Shown here one piece after another: positions 28,042 to 38,361 of a stretch of 64,000 bases of DNA; positions within the stretch are counted from its first letter, which is position 1; the number at the start of each line of letters is the position of its first letter. The notes below the pieces were generated by a model. The model ran no database searches. It saw only the letters and a list, made by a program, of their open reading frames with translations, and had not been told where the DNA came from. The position numbers were made by a program, and so were the translations under genes. The DNA is taken from contig OZ241863.1 in the NCBI GenBank assembly GCA_965203055.1, positions 3,936,001 to 4,000,000 on the forward strand. Reading direction: 5' to 3'. The stretch is from Spirochaetia bacterium (lineage in GTDB: Bacteria > Spirochaetota > Spirochaetia > SZUA-6 > Bin103).

Positions 28042-29037
28042 ATGATCACAGATAAAGCGCGCGCCCTGCGACGAACAATCGCCTCCGCCCTACTCAGTTG
28101 CGTGGCCATCACCGTGCTATTGGCCTGCGAAGAACCGGTAAGGCGGAGCGCGTCGGCACCCACGAAGCCAACCACGCCGACAACAACTCCGCCGGCGCAG
28201 AGTAACAATTGTGTGCCAAACGTGGCGATTCACAGCACGGCAACCGGAGGAGCAATCCAAGGAGCAATCAAAGACCAGGTTCTATACTGGGCAGGAACCC
28301 GATCAAACGTTGAATGCTTACCGGAAGCACAACAGAACCAGAAGCAATTGAATCGTGTCGGCAGCACGCACGAAGGAACGCCGACCTACCGAGTGATACG
28401 AGTACATCGAACCATCGGTACCCGGTATTACATGTTGAAGTATCTCAACGACATACCGGTATGCATCATCGACGTAACCGGCGCCTGCGACCGAATGTTA
28501 TCAGCATTAGGCAATTACGACATAGATGACCTACCGGATGAAGCACCGGCGCTTGATGGTTCAACAACGACGTCTGTACCGAGAGACTACTTGTTTACGC
28601 TGCGCTCCGACGACTTCACGGTCGTAGGAACCACACCGACGGCGGCAGCGATCGTCGACTACAAGATCGACGTTACGGCTGCCGACGTGAGGGACGGTGT
28701 GATAACGGCACAATTGCAGCGTTCAGCATCGGAAGGGACTTGGGAACCCTTCCCTTACACGATCAACGGCTTTGTTCCTCATACCGAGCCAAAACGTGCT
28801 GCTTCATTGACGTTGACCTACCAAGTATCGGCGGGATACGTGCGGCTCATAGCAACAGCTCACCTGACAGGAGCCGAAATGAGCCGCGCCCTTATCCTTT
28901 TCAACGACTTCAAGATTCGTATTCGGATCGTGCACTACCCCTGGACGATCCTTTGCCGGCACCCGTGGTTTCCTTGCAGCCGGCACGGTGGTACTTCGCC
29001 ACTGGGCGATCACGCCGGCGCCGCACCCGACCCGTAA
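28042..29037 (+). CDS. hypothetical lipoprotein
   Basis: Signal peptide with lipobox LLAC, T/P linker, lower GC. Confidence 0.7.
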   Translation: MITDKARALRRTIASALLSCVAITVLLACEEPVRRSASAPTKPTTPTTTPPAQSNNCVPNVAIHSTATGGAIQGAIKDQVLYWAGTRSNVECLPEAQQNQKQLNRVGSTHEGTPTYRVIRVHRTIGTRYYMLKYLNDIPVCIIDVTGACDRMLSALGNYDIDDLPDEAPALDGSTTTSVPRDYLFTLRSDDFTVVGTTPTAAAIVDYKIDVTAADVRDGVITAQLQRSASEGTWEPFPYTINGFVPHTEPKRAASLTLTYQVSAGYVRLIATAHLTGAEMSRALILFNDFKIRIRIVHYPWTILCRHPWFPCSRHGGTSPLGDHAGAAPDP

Positions 29038-29041
29038 CGAT

Positions 29042-29064
29042 CACTTACGGCGGCGCCGTAGGTG
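29042..29064 (+). terminator. stem-loop after the lipoprotein gene
   Basis: CACTTACGGC-ggc-GCCGTAGGTG; no U-tract. Confidence 0.3.
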
Positions 29065-29242
29065 GTGTAAAGAAGACCGTCAACGGTACCGACTACAACG
29101 TCCATAATAGCCGATCCTTCCGGGCCGCGTTGTCCTTTCAGCCGGCCAAGCCGACCAAACGGCACGTCCGGCCCGGGCGCTCGGCTTGGTTACCGGCTGC
29201 ATCCACGGACCGTCGCTTGCCTGCGGGTAGAACTCTTAGGGC

Positions 29243-29935
29243 TTATTCAACCGCCCCGTCGGCCATGTCGAAGCGGCGGCGCAGGCCCTCCAGCGAGAAC
29301 TCGCCGCCGCGTACGAAGTCGATCATCTCCTGCTCGCGGGCGGCGATCTCCGCGGCTGCCTGCGGCACCCGGGCGGCGATCTCCAACGGGATCTTCACCA
29401 CGCCGTTGCGGTCGCCGTGAATCAGGTCGCCGGGCAGTACCTCCACTTCGCTGACCACCACCGGCAGGTTCACGTCGACCACTTGGTGGCGGCCGTGCGC
29501 CGGCGTCATCCCCGGCGCGAAGTACTGGAACCCCAAAGGGGCGACCCCTTCCAGGTCGCGGACGCCGCCGTCGGTGACCAGCCCGATGGCGCCGAGGGCG
29601 TGGGCGGTGTTCGCCATCACGTCGCCGCAGTGGCAGGAGTGGGAGTTGCGCGGCGAGATGTCCTTGAACACCAGCACCACCGGCTTGGAGGCCGCGGCAA
29701 CCGCCTCCCACAGGCGCATCATCGGCACCCGGCTCTGCTGCCGCGACGGCGTCATGGAGTCCACGGTGGCGGTCACGGCGTAGCCGAGCATCACCCCCAA
29801 CTCCGGGAACTGACAGCGGATCTCCCAGCCCATGAATCCTTCCGAATCGCGCCGCACCCGGAACGGCTCGATGGCGTTGCAGATGGTGGGCGTGTCGATC
29901 TTCCTGAGGGCCTCGAACTGCTGCGAAGTAAGCAT
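29243..29935 (-). CDS. RraA/HMG aldolase family protein
   Basis: DTPTICNAIE, GYAVT, CGDVMA, TDGGVRD, PGDLIHGDRNGVV. Confidence 0.9.
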   Translation of the reverse strand: MLTSQQFEALRKIDTPTICNAIEPFRVRRDSEGFMGWEIRCQFPELGVMLGYAVTATVDSMTPSRQQSRVPMMRLWEAVAAASKPVVLVFKDISPRNSHSCHCGDVMANTAHALGAIGLVTDGGVRDLEGVAPLGFQYFAPGMTPAHGRHQVVDVNLPVVVSEVEVLPGDLIHGDRNGVVKIPLEIAARVPQAAAEIAAREQEMIDFVRGGEFSLEGLRRRFDMADGAVE

Positions 29936-30142
29936 GGCCGCAGCATGACCTACCGGCGCACGACGGCCAAGCCCCCTGCCCGCTGCCTCGGGCATGGTCC
30001 CGACGGACGGGAACTCACTCATTCGACCGTCCCGTCGGCCATACGGTAGCGGCACCGGGCACCGGGCAGCGATCGCCAACGGGATCGTCACCAGCAGCAC
30101 CCCACTTCGCTTGCATCACCCCCAACTGCTGCGGAGTGACCA

Positions 30143-30399
30143 TGGCCGCGCATAACCTACCGGCGGTACCGGCGGGAGGGGCTGCCGATCGGCAGTGGCA
30201 CGGTGGAGAGCACGTGCAAGAACATGGTGGCGGGGGATGATCTGGTCGTTGGGAGGGGCGCGGGGGATGCCGCAGATCTGCACCTCCGGTGAAGAGCGGG
30301 CGGTTCTAAAAGGGACTACGCGAACCTGCTGTCCGCCTCGGTGCCGCAGGAGGCCAGCCACAGGCCGCCTGACGCTACCTACGTTTTGGAAGTGCGCCC
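30143..30399 (+). mobile_element. degraded ISKra4/ISLre2-type transposase 3' remnant with probable right end
   Basis: TYRRYRREGLPIGSGTVESTCKNMVAG, then shifted GMIWSLGGARGM; ends CCTACGTTTTGGAAGTGCGCCC. Confidence 0.7.
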
Positions 30400-30418
30400 G
30401 CCCACCCACGCGGGCCTA

Positions 30419-30447
30419 TTGACAACACCTCAACCAAGAGATACCCT
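30419..30447 (+). promoter_or_regulatory. sigma70-type promoter for the helicase operon
   Basis: TTGACA-17 nt-TACCCT; GGAGG SD at 30484-30488. Confidence 0.6.
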
Positions 30448-30494
30448 ATCATACCAATCGTCCGCCCTCATATCTCAAGCAACGGAGGACACTC

Positions 30495-33400
30495 TTGGCC
30501 AATATGCAAGAAGTTTTTAGTCGAATGATAGTCGCCAACGATTTGACCTGTGTCGATCGAATAGACCTGCCAGAGCGCCCTCAACGACTCGCTACGATAC
30601 CCCAGCAATTCCGCTCTGGGGCTCCAGGTCGATGGCTGACAAATGACCAGAATATCAAAGGAACCCTGTGGTTACACCAAGCCAACGCAATGAGAGCCGC
30701 AGCTCACGGAAAAAATGTGATAATTTCAACTGGAACCGCATCCGGGAAATCGCTAATCTTTCAATCTGTAGCGCTACGTATCCTGGATACCGACGATGAT
30801 GCCGTGGTGCTCGTCTTCTACCCACTCAAGGCGCTCACAAATGACCAATTCATTTCATGGTGTACAGCTATCGAAATGGCAGGATTAGACCGCTCGTTAG
30901 TCGACAAAATAGACGGCACAGTACCTCGTAAAGAACGGACACCAAAGCTACGTAATGCGCGAGTGATACTAATGACTCCAGACGTCTGCCATGCATGGTT
31001 AATGCAGGAAATATCAAATCCTGACCATCAAGACTTCATTTCCAAACTTGCGTTGATTGTTATCGACGAATCACATGTTCTAGAGGGTGTGTTCGGCAGT
31101 AATTTTGCATATCTATTTCGACGTCTATGTGCGATTCGGTATCGTATTCTACACCATTTTAAGAAAAGACGTTCCTCTTTGCAAGTTATTGCCGCCAGTG
31201 CTACAATACGAGACCCTGAAAAACATCTTCATAACCTCACCGGAGTACAGTACGTTACGGTCGACGATTCCGATGACGGGTCACCACGTAAGGAACAAGC
31301 TATCGTCCATATTCAAGCGACAGAGCCATACAGCGAGTACGGTACTATATTGAGGAGATTGGTAACTGAGTCGGACTCCGGAAGTTGTATTATGTTTATT
31401 GACTCGCGCCAGGGCGCCGAACGTGTCGCCGTGCAAGCAGATCTTCCTAAACAAATACTGCCATACAGAAGTGGTTTTGAACGGGATGACCGTACCGCTA
31501 TCGAAAACGCGCTTCGGCAAGGTTCCCTTAGGGGAGTTGTCTCTACACCCGCACTAGAACTTGGAATTGATATCCGTCATTTTTCAGTAGGACTGAACGT
31601 CGGAGTACCGCGTTCACGTAAGTCGTTTCGTCAACGTCTAGGACGCGTCGGGCGTGTAGGACCAGGTGTATTTGGCATAATCGCCCCGACCTACGCGTTC
31701 AATCGTTTTGGCATGACCTTGATGGACTACTATCAAGAATCAGTTGAGCCTTCGTACCTGTATTTGCATAATCGGTTCATGCAGTACGCGCACGCGCGAT
31801 GTCTTGCAGAAGAGATGGAGATGCTCGGTATCGGTGGTCGTAAGAAGGTCCCCGCCCGAGTGTCATGGCCAGATGGTTTCAGTGAGAAGTTCGATTTCGC
31901 GTATGCCAGAAGTCCTGCGGCTCGGCCTCGGGTGTACGATCAGATGTTCAATATCGGCGGTGATCAACCACATTTCAACTATCCGTTGCGGAACATAGCC
32001 GAAGAAACTTTCACATTGGGGAGGGGTGGACCTGCGGGCAGCATTGTCCGTATTGAGCAGCTTTCGATACGACAAGCCGTCCGAGAGGCTTTTCCGGGGG
32101 CGATTTTTCTGAGTAAGGCTCATGGATGGCGTGTCCAGGAATGGAGAAATACCGCGTTTGAGCGTACGATTCGCGTGACTAAGACTTCACCTTTTCGGGT
32201 TCCAGAGCCTTACTTACGGACCTTTGTTAACTTCAGCTTGAATCGTGACAGTATTGTTGACGGTCACCTTCTATCGAGCGACAAGGGATTTCTTTCTGAG
32301 TGTAACTTACAGATCACGGAGCGAGTCGAAGGATATAAGGAGGGTAACAAATGGTTCCTTTATAAGGATCTCCGCCAAAGTAAGCACGGGATGACTCCAA
32401 AGACCCGTGATTTTCGTACTACTGGTGTTGTACTACGGGTGAACGAATCGTGGTTTAAGAAGGAAGTCAAGAGCTCGGTTGCAGACGCGCTTTTGGGCCT
32501 CCTTCAGCGCGAGTACAGCATATCACCCGATGACGCAGCCTGTGTTGCGACGGACGTTTCAGAGATACGGCAAGGACGACGTCATTCGCTGACCGACGCG
32601 ATCGTAATCTTCGACTCCACTCATGGAAGCTTGCGGTTGACCGAGTTAGTGTATGCCAAGTTCGAACATTTGTTGTATCTTCTCGCCCGGTCGACCGAAA
32701 TGACAGCGCCTAACGAGCATCTTCTTTCGCCGGACATGGTCCGACGTATGAGAAATTGGTTCGATCGACTCAAGAAGATAGCAGATTCAGAACTGGCCGA
32801 TCTCGGAACCACAGATGAGGCGGTACCGGAAGGCTGGCTGCACGTGTTTGAGGTAGGTAGCGTCGTAGCCTACAGGGATTCCAAGGACGTAGCAAGAGAC
32901 ATCACGATCACCGGCCGTCAATTGATGCAGATGGATGATCGATTGCATTTAGTGTACACCTATCAGGGTAACGGGTTTATTGCTTCCATTCCTGCGGAGC
33001 GGATCGACGCTGTCGGTGACGACTGGAACATGGTCTATTGGAATCCCCAGACGGACGAATCCCGTGATTCGTTCGACGAATCTCCTTCACCTGCCGTTCA
33101 CGACAACCTCGGCCCGAGCCCTTACATCGTCGGAAATCCGATTGATCAGGAGAGGATGTTCTTTGGCCGCGCCTCAATCATGGACAATATCAAGCGACAG
33201 CTTGGAAGCAGTGACCACGCCAATGTAGTCCTTCTTGAAGGGAACCGGCGTACTGGTAAGACGTCGATCCTCCGGCAGTTAAGCAAGAAGGACGTACTTC
33301 CCGGTTGGGTGCCAGTATACTGTTCGCTTCAGAATGTCGATAGCATCGCCACTCGCGACGTATTCAGATTGCTGGTATTACGAATCGGTTGGACCCTCGC

Positions 33401-34334
33401 TGAAATCGGCATTGAAACCTGGATGCCCGACCTACCGCAGCGTCGCTCCGGTCAACCGTTCAAGTTGGCCTTCCGCTCCGCGGTCAGCCGCGCTATTGCA
33501 GGAGGTCATCCCTTCGAAACGTTGGAGCTTTATCTTTCGACTGCGATAGAGCAAGCTAAACCACGCCGACTCTTGCTGATGCTCGACGAATTCGACAAGC
33601 TACAGGAGGGTATTGACAGTGGGATCACGAGCCAACAGGTTCCCGAAAACATCCGCCACCTCTTGCAACACCAGCCAGGTCTTGGTGCAATCCTAACCGG
33701 GTCCCGCCGTCTGAAGAGGCTGCGTGAAGAATACTGGTCGGCGCTATTCGGTTTCGGTTATCGGATTGGTGTCAGCGCACTACCACGAGTGGAAGCCCAA
33801 CGACTTGTCACTGATCCGGTAGTCGGGAAGCTCAAGTATGACCCACGAGCCCGTGACCGCTTAGTAGAGCTATGCGCGTGTCACCCATTTCTCGTCCAGT
33901 CGCTCTGCAGCCGGGTGTTTGACCAAGCGGCGACCGGAGGAACCCGAGCGATCACCCTCGACATGGTCGAACATGCGGCAGTGGAGATGGTGCAGGACAA
34001 CGAACACTTCCACACGTTATGGGGCTACGCCGGGACCGAACGGCGCCGGCTCATCCTCTCGTTATGTGCATCGATGACGAATGGAACCTACGCCGTAAGC
34101 TTACACCAACTCAAGACCAAATTTCACGAGAATGGAATATCAAATTTTGGGGACGACGATCTTACCGACGACATTACCGAGCTCCGCGAACTGGAGATGC
34201 TCGACTTTGACGAATCTTCCAACGGAGGCACGTATCGATTGTCCGTACCTTTGATGGCTATGTGGATGGAAGCGAACGTCGGCTTCCACGACTTGCTGAC
34301 ACGAGTCTTACGGGGAAATGGTCCAAGTGAATAA
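30495..34334 (+). CDS. DEAH-box helicase (MrfA/DUF1998-like) fused to a C-terminal STAND-like ATPase
   Basis: LWLHQ, TGTASGKS, YPLKALTNDQ, DESH, SAT, ALELGID, QRLGRVGR; then PYIVGNPI, FFGR, GNRRTGKTS, LMLDEFD, CHPFLVQ. Confidence 0.88.
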   Translation: MANMQEVFSRMIVANDLTCVDRIDLPERPQRLATIPQQFRSGAPGRWLTNDQNIKGTLWLHQANAMRAAAHGKNVIISTGTASGKSLIFQSVALRILDTDDDAVVLVFYPLKALTNDQFISWCTAIEMAGLDRSLVDKIDGTVPRKERTPKLRNARVILMTPDVCHAWLMQEISNPDHQDFISKLALIVIDESHVLEGVFGSNFAYLFRRLCAIRYRILHHFKKRRSSLQVIAASATIRDPEKHLHNLTGVQYVTVDDSDDGSPRKEQAIVHIQATEPYSEYGTILRRLVTESDSGSCIMFIDSRQGAERVAVQADLPKQILPYRSGFERDDRTAIENALRQGSLRGVVSTPALELGIDIRHFSVGLNVGVPRSRKSFRQRLGRVGRVGPGVFGIIAPTYAFNRFGMTLMDYYQESVEPSYLYLHNRFMQYAHARCLAEEMEMLGIGGRKKVPARVSWPDGFSEKFDFAYARSPAARPRVYDQMFNIGGDQPHFNYPLRNIAEETFTLGRGGPAGSIVRIEQLSIRQAVREAFPGAIFLSKAHGWRVQEWRNTAFERTIRVTKTSPFRVPEPYLRTFVNFSLNRDSIVDGHLLSSDKGFLSECNLQITERVEGYKEGNKWFLYKDLRQSKHGMTPKTRDFRTTGVVLRVNESWFKKEVKSSVADALLGLLQREYSISPDDAACVATDVSEIRQGRRHSLTDAIVIFDSTHGSLRLTELVYAKFEHLLYLLARSTEMTAPNEHLLSPDMVRRMRNWFDRLKKIADSELADLGTTDEAVPEGWLHVFEVGSVVAYRDSKDVARDITITGRQLMQMDDRLHLVYTYQGNGFIASIPAERIDAVGDDWNMVYWNPQTDESRDSFDESPSPAVHDNLGPSPYIVGNPIDQERMFFGRASIMDNIKRQLGSSDHANVVLLEGNRRTGKTSILRQLSKKDVLPGWVPVYCSLQNVDSIATRDVFRLLVLRIGWTLAEIGIETWMPDLPQRRSGQPFKLAFRSAVSRAIAGGHPFETLELYLSTAIEQAKPRRLLLMLDEFDKLQEGIDSGITSQQVPENIRHLLQHQPGLGAILTGSRRLKRLREEYWSALFGFGYRIGVSALPRVEAQRLVTDPVVGKLKYDPRARDRLVELCACHPFLVQSLCSRVFDQAATGGTRAITLDMVEHAAVEMVQDNEHFHTLWGYAGTERRRLILSLCASMTNGTYAVSLHQLKTKFHENGISNFGDDDLTDDITELRELEMLDFDESSNGGTYRLSVPLMAMWMEANVGFHDLLTRVLRGNGPSE

Positions 34335-35928
34335 AACCAATCCATATCGAGTCATGGGACCTTCAATCCCGCTCATGCTGGGACGACGGCACCTCATGCG
34401 AGTAATCGATAAGCATTTGCAGAAGTCGGAACCGGATCACGTGTCGGTTGTGGGACCCGCGCATTTCGGGAAATCCGTCCTGTTGAGGCACGTGGCCACC
34501 TCCTATCGCGCGAAGCCAAGCGGCTATCTGACGACCGTGCACATCGATCTGCGGCACGGTATACCTACTTCGGACAAGGATTTCATGCGACGATTGGCAG
34601 ATGAAATCAAGACTCAGTTGCAGGAGTTCTATCCACAGATTGCGGAGCTGATAGATCTCGAAGATGAAGCCATACACGAAATTTTGGGGCTTGTGTTCGA
34701 AGATCTTGAAAGAAAAGGCCAGCGGCTACTTGTCGTGCTCGACGGTTTCGACTACGCACTTGCCGGTAGTGATTTGACACGCAATCTCTGGGACCAGCTC
34801 CGTACGTTGGCGCAAAGTGTCAGTCTTCGATTAGTCGCGGGAAGTCGCCTCCCGTTGCGGGAACTGTGCAAGAATGAGGATTCCAAGACCTCCGATTTCT
34901 GGGAAATATTCTATGATACACCACTCCGAGTAGCCGCTCTTGATGACGATGACATGGCGGCCTTTTTGCTGCCGTTATTCAACGAAGGCTGCGAATTCGA
35001 TACTTCGGCACGCAAGGAAATCATCAACTGGACGGGAGGTGCTCCGCTACTAGTCTGTGCTTTGCTGCAGACGCTGTGGGAGGACCACCGGGGTAGTCGG
35101 CTTTCCAAGCTGGAGATTGACCAGGCCGCGAAGTCTCAGTTGATCGAGCGGCGCCATCTTCTGGGCGCACTCTGGGATGATTGCGATGATAAGATAAAGG
35201 CTGACCTGAGCATACTGTGCGACCGTGACATACCCTTGACCGATCTGCCTGAGTGGCGACGCCGATCTGTGGAAGAACGAGGGTTCGGCCGCGTGTCGGG
35301 TAACCGTCTACGAAGTTCTTGCCGTCTCATGGAGCGCTATGCTCAAGCGCAGGCTCCGGCCATCGCCGACCTGACCCGTCTTCTGGGAACGGCTGTCGGC
35401 TTCGAGACTCACATTCGATCTCTGCTGGATCTCCGGCTTGCGCAGGTACCGATTGGAGCGGATGATGAACTCTGCGAATGTGTCAGAAACGCCATTCACG
35501 CCCTCGCGCCATGGCCGGGAGGCGCGCTTGTTTGGGTCAGAAGTATCGCCAACCGGGCGCTGAGGCTTGTCTGGGACGCTGAACTTCCACCTGACAGAAC
35601 GGTACCTTCAAGGTGGCGTAACGAGGCGCGTAACGCAGGTGTGAATTTTCCCGACCAGGATAAGCTGCCGCGCGAGTACGGCGCGCAGCTCAGCATCCTG
35701 CGGTTCGCGACAGGAACGCGACGTACGTCGCGTCAAGTCAGGTACATCACTAAGACGACTTTTTTGCTGCTGGATTACTTGCTTTCGGTTGGCGATTTCG
35801 GCCAACACCGAGACGGCTTCCCCGAGACAAAGGTCACCATCGGTTTCGCGACGGCCGTCGTACTTGCCGCCATTTCGCTTGTAGAGTGTTTAACCGATGA
35901 TCTCCAACGACCTGTGGGTAACGAATGA
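34318..35928 (+). CDS. STAND-like ATP-binding protein with degenerate Walker B
   Basis: NPY..MLGR, GPAHFGKS, VVLDGFD, TGGAPLLV; overlaps the helicase stop. Confidence 0.82.
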   Translation: MVQVNKTNPYRVMGPSIPLMLGRRHLMRVIDKHLQKSEPDHVSVVGPAHFGKSVLLRHVATSYRAKPSGYLTTVHIDLRHGIPTSDKDFMRRLADEIKTQLQEFYPQIAELIDLEDEAIHEILGLVFEDLERKGQRLLVVLDGFDYALAGSDLTRNLWDQLRTLAQSVSLRLVAGSRLPLRELCKNEDSKTSDFWEIFYDTPLRVAALDDDDMAAFLLPLFNEGCEFDTSARKEIINWTGGAPLLVCALLQTLWEDHRGSRLSKLEIDQAAKSQLIERRHLLGALWDDCDDKIKADLSILCDRDIPLTDLPEWRRRSVEERGFGRVSGNRLRSSCRLMERYAQAQAPAIADLTRLLGTAVGFETHIRSLLDLRLAQVPIGADDELCECVRNAIHALAPWPGGALVWVRSIANRALRLVWDAELPPDRTVPSRWRNEARNAGVNFPDQDKLPREYGAQLSILRFATGTRRTSRQVRYITKTTFLLLDYLLSVGDFGQHRDGFPETKVTIGFATAVVLAAISLVECLTDDLQRPVGNE

Positions 35929-36791
35929 CGAAGCCGGCGCCGGACGGGTTGTGGATTGACGGGGCTGCCGCGGCCTATCCCGAGGGTCTGTACCGCTTCG
36001 CCGGCGTGGCGGACGGGGTGACCGGGTTCGCTGCCGCGAGCGCGGGCGCCGTGGCTCACTTTCGGCGCCATGGCTACTTGGTGATTCACCGCGCCTTTAC
36101 CGGGCAGGAAACGGCGCGCGCCCTGGACGAGATGCTGGAGCTGCTCGCCCGCCCGCAGCCGGCGTTCAGCGGCGTGCAGTTCGAGCACTCGGCGCCGCAG
36201 GGGAAGCTGGCGGCGCTGGCGCCGGAGCTGCGCCAGGACTACGTCCGCAAGTTCTTCAACTTCCTCGAGTTCGCGCCGCGCTTGAAGGCGCTGTCCGAGC
36301 ATCCCGAGTTGCTGGCCGTCGTCAGCCGCCTCATCGGCGCGGCGCCGGCGCTGTTTCAGGACATGGCCCTGCTCAAGCCGCCCCGCATCGGGCGCGAGAA
36401 GCCGTGGCATCAGGATCACGCCTACTTCGACCTGCCGCTGGATACGCCGGTGGTGGGGGTGTGGATCGCCCTCGACCGCGCCACCACCGACAACGGCTGC
36501 ATGACCATCATCCCCGGCTCCCACCGCCGCGGCCCGGTGGTCCACTTCCAGCGCCGCGACTGGCAGATCTGCGACCGTCACGTGGACAACCGCGGCGCCC
36601 TGGCGGTGCCGCTGGAGCCGGGCGGCTGCCTGCTGTTCTCCAGCCTGCTGCACCACGGCACGCCCACCAACACCGCCGCCCGGCGCCGCCGCGCCCTGCA
36701 GTTCCATTACGCGCCCGCGGGCGCGGCGCGCATCGGCAAGGAACAGCGCATGGCCGTCTTCGGCGCCGAAGGCAAGTCGGTCACCTGCTGA
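35925..36791 (+). CDS. phytanoyl-CoA dioxygenase (PhyH) family
   Basis: PWHQDHAY, NGCMTIIPGSH, LHHGT. Confidence 0.9.
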   Translation: MTKPAPDGLWIDGAAAAYPEGLYRFAGVADGVTGFAAASAGAVAHFRRHGYLVIHRAFTGQETARALDEMLELLARPQPAFSGVQFEHSAPQGKLAALAPELRQDYVRKFFNFLEFAPRLKALSEHPELLAVVSRLIGAAPALFQDMALLKPPRIGREKPWHQDHAYFDLPLDTPVVGVWIALDRATTDNGCMTIIPGSHRRGPVVHFQRRDWQICDRHVDNRGALAVPLEPGGCLLFSSLLHHGTPTNTAARRRRALQFHYAPAGAARIGKEQRMAVFGAEGKSVTC

Positions 36792-36932
36792 CTGCTCGCC
36801 GGCGCGGTCCGGGCGCCGGCGGTCCGGGGCGGGGGCGCGCGGGGCCGCAGTCGTGCCATACTCAGGACCCGCGGCGCGCGGCCGGCACGCCGCATTACGC
36901 ACCATAAGGCCGTTTGAGGAGGAACCAGCGCC

Positions 36933-38309
36933 ATGCTGCCGCACATCGACGATCTGAAAGTGGTACTGCTGCACGTCATCGACGACCGCGCCGCGCGCGG
37001 CTACGACGTAACCGGACTGCGCGAACGGGTGCAGGCAGTGACCTTCAGCTACGACGAGCTGGCCGCCCTGCACCGGGAGCTGGACGCGGCGCCGCGCCGC
37101 GCGGACTGGCCCTACGTGGAGCCGGAGGACCTGGAGGCGATCTGGGCCGAGTGTCCTGAGCTGCCGGAAGATCCGCTGCAGCAGGTCGACCCGGAGGCGG
37201 CCGGCGAGCGCGCGCAAGCCGGATTCCTGGGGTCGGTGTGCGGTTGCGTGTTGGGCAAGCCGGTGGAGGTGCGCACCACCATGGCGGCGCTGCGGCGCGC
37301 CGCCGAGGCCGCCGGCGAGTGGCCGCTGCAGGACTATCTGAGCGAGGGGCTGCTCGACGCCCTGGGCGACCGCCACCGGAGCTGGCGGGAGGCGGCGCGC
37401 GGCCGCATCCGCTTCGTCGCCCGCGACGACGACATCAACTACACCGTGCTGGGGATGCTGATCCTGGAGCAGTACGGCATCGGCTTCAGCCGCGCGGACG
37501 TGATGCGGATGTGGCTGGCCAACCTGCCGCTCGGCTACACGTTCGGCCCGGAACGGATGCTGCTGACGCGCACTTCGGCGGCGGGAATCGCCGCCCGGCT
37601 GCGCCGCGGCCGCGGGCTGGCGGGGATCGGGGATGACCCGGAGCCGGTACTGGCGAAGCTGGTGGCGAGCTGGAACCCGGGCGACGAACTGTGCGGCGCG
37701 CAGATCCGCGCCGACGCCTACGGGTACGCCTGCGCCGGGCGCCCGCGGCTGGCCGCGGCGCTCGCCTGGCGTGACGCCGGCTGGACTCACCGCGCCACCG
37801 GCGTCTACGCCGCCATGTTCACGGCCGCGGCCATCGCCGGGGCCTACGTCATCGACGATCCGCTGGAGCTGTGCCGCATGGCGCTGCGCTGCGTGCCGCG
37901 GCGCAGCCGCTTCCATGAGCGGGTCAGCGACTGCCTCGACCAGGTCGCGCAGGCCGCGGACTGGCACGACGGCTACCGCCGCATCCACGACCGCTACGGG
38001 TGTTACGGCCACTGTCAGGTCTATCAGGAGACCGGCACCCTCATCAACACGCTGCGCTTCGCCGACGGGGTGGAAGAGGGCATCTGCCTGCAGGTGAGCC
38101 AGGGCAACGACACCGACAGCTACGGCGCCACCGCCGGTTCCCTGTTGGGCGTATTGTACGGCCGCCCCCCGGAGCAGCGCTGGCTGGCGCCCTTCAACGA
38201 CGAGCTGCGCACCACCGTGGCCGGCCTCTACGAAGCCTCCCTGACCAAGGTGGCGCAACGGATGGGGCGGCTGCCGCGGCTGGCGGCCGCGCAACTCGCC
38301 GGGCGCTGA
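36933..38309 (+). CDS. ADP-ribosylglycohydrolase family protein
   Basis: GAGGAGG SD; DDDINYT, GAQIRAD, GNDTDSYGATAGS. Confidence 0.9.
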   Translation: MLPHIDDLKVVLLHVIDDRAARGYDVTGLRERVQAVTFSYDELAALHRELDAAPRRADWPYVEPEDLEAIWAECPELPEDPLQQVDPEAAGERAQAGFLGSVCGCVLGKPVEVRTTMAALRRAAEAAGEWPLQDYLSEGLLDALGDRHRSWREAARGRIRFVARDDDINYTVLGMLILEQYGIGFSRADVMRMWLANLPLGYTFGPERMLLTRTSAAGIAARLRRGRGLAGIGDDPEPVLAKLVASWNPGDELCGAQIRADAYGYACAGRPRLAAALAWRDAGWTHRATGVYAAMFTAAAIAGAYVIDDPLELCRMALRCVPRRSRFHERVSDCLDQVAQAADWHDGYRRIHDRYGCYGHCQVYQETGTLINTLRFADGVEEGICLQVSQGNDTDSYGATAGSLLGVLYGRPPEQRWLAPFNDELRTTVAGLYEASLTKVAQRMGRLPRLAAAQLAGR

Positions 38310-38361
38310 AACGGCGCGACGGGGCGCGGCGGGCGCCTGCCGCGCCCACGCGGTAACGGAA

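Noticed and set aside
36933..38309. ADP-ribosylglycohydrolase as part of the helicase/STAND system
   Set aside because: Host-like GC, its own SD, and separated from the cassette by a PhyH gene; more likely metabolic
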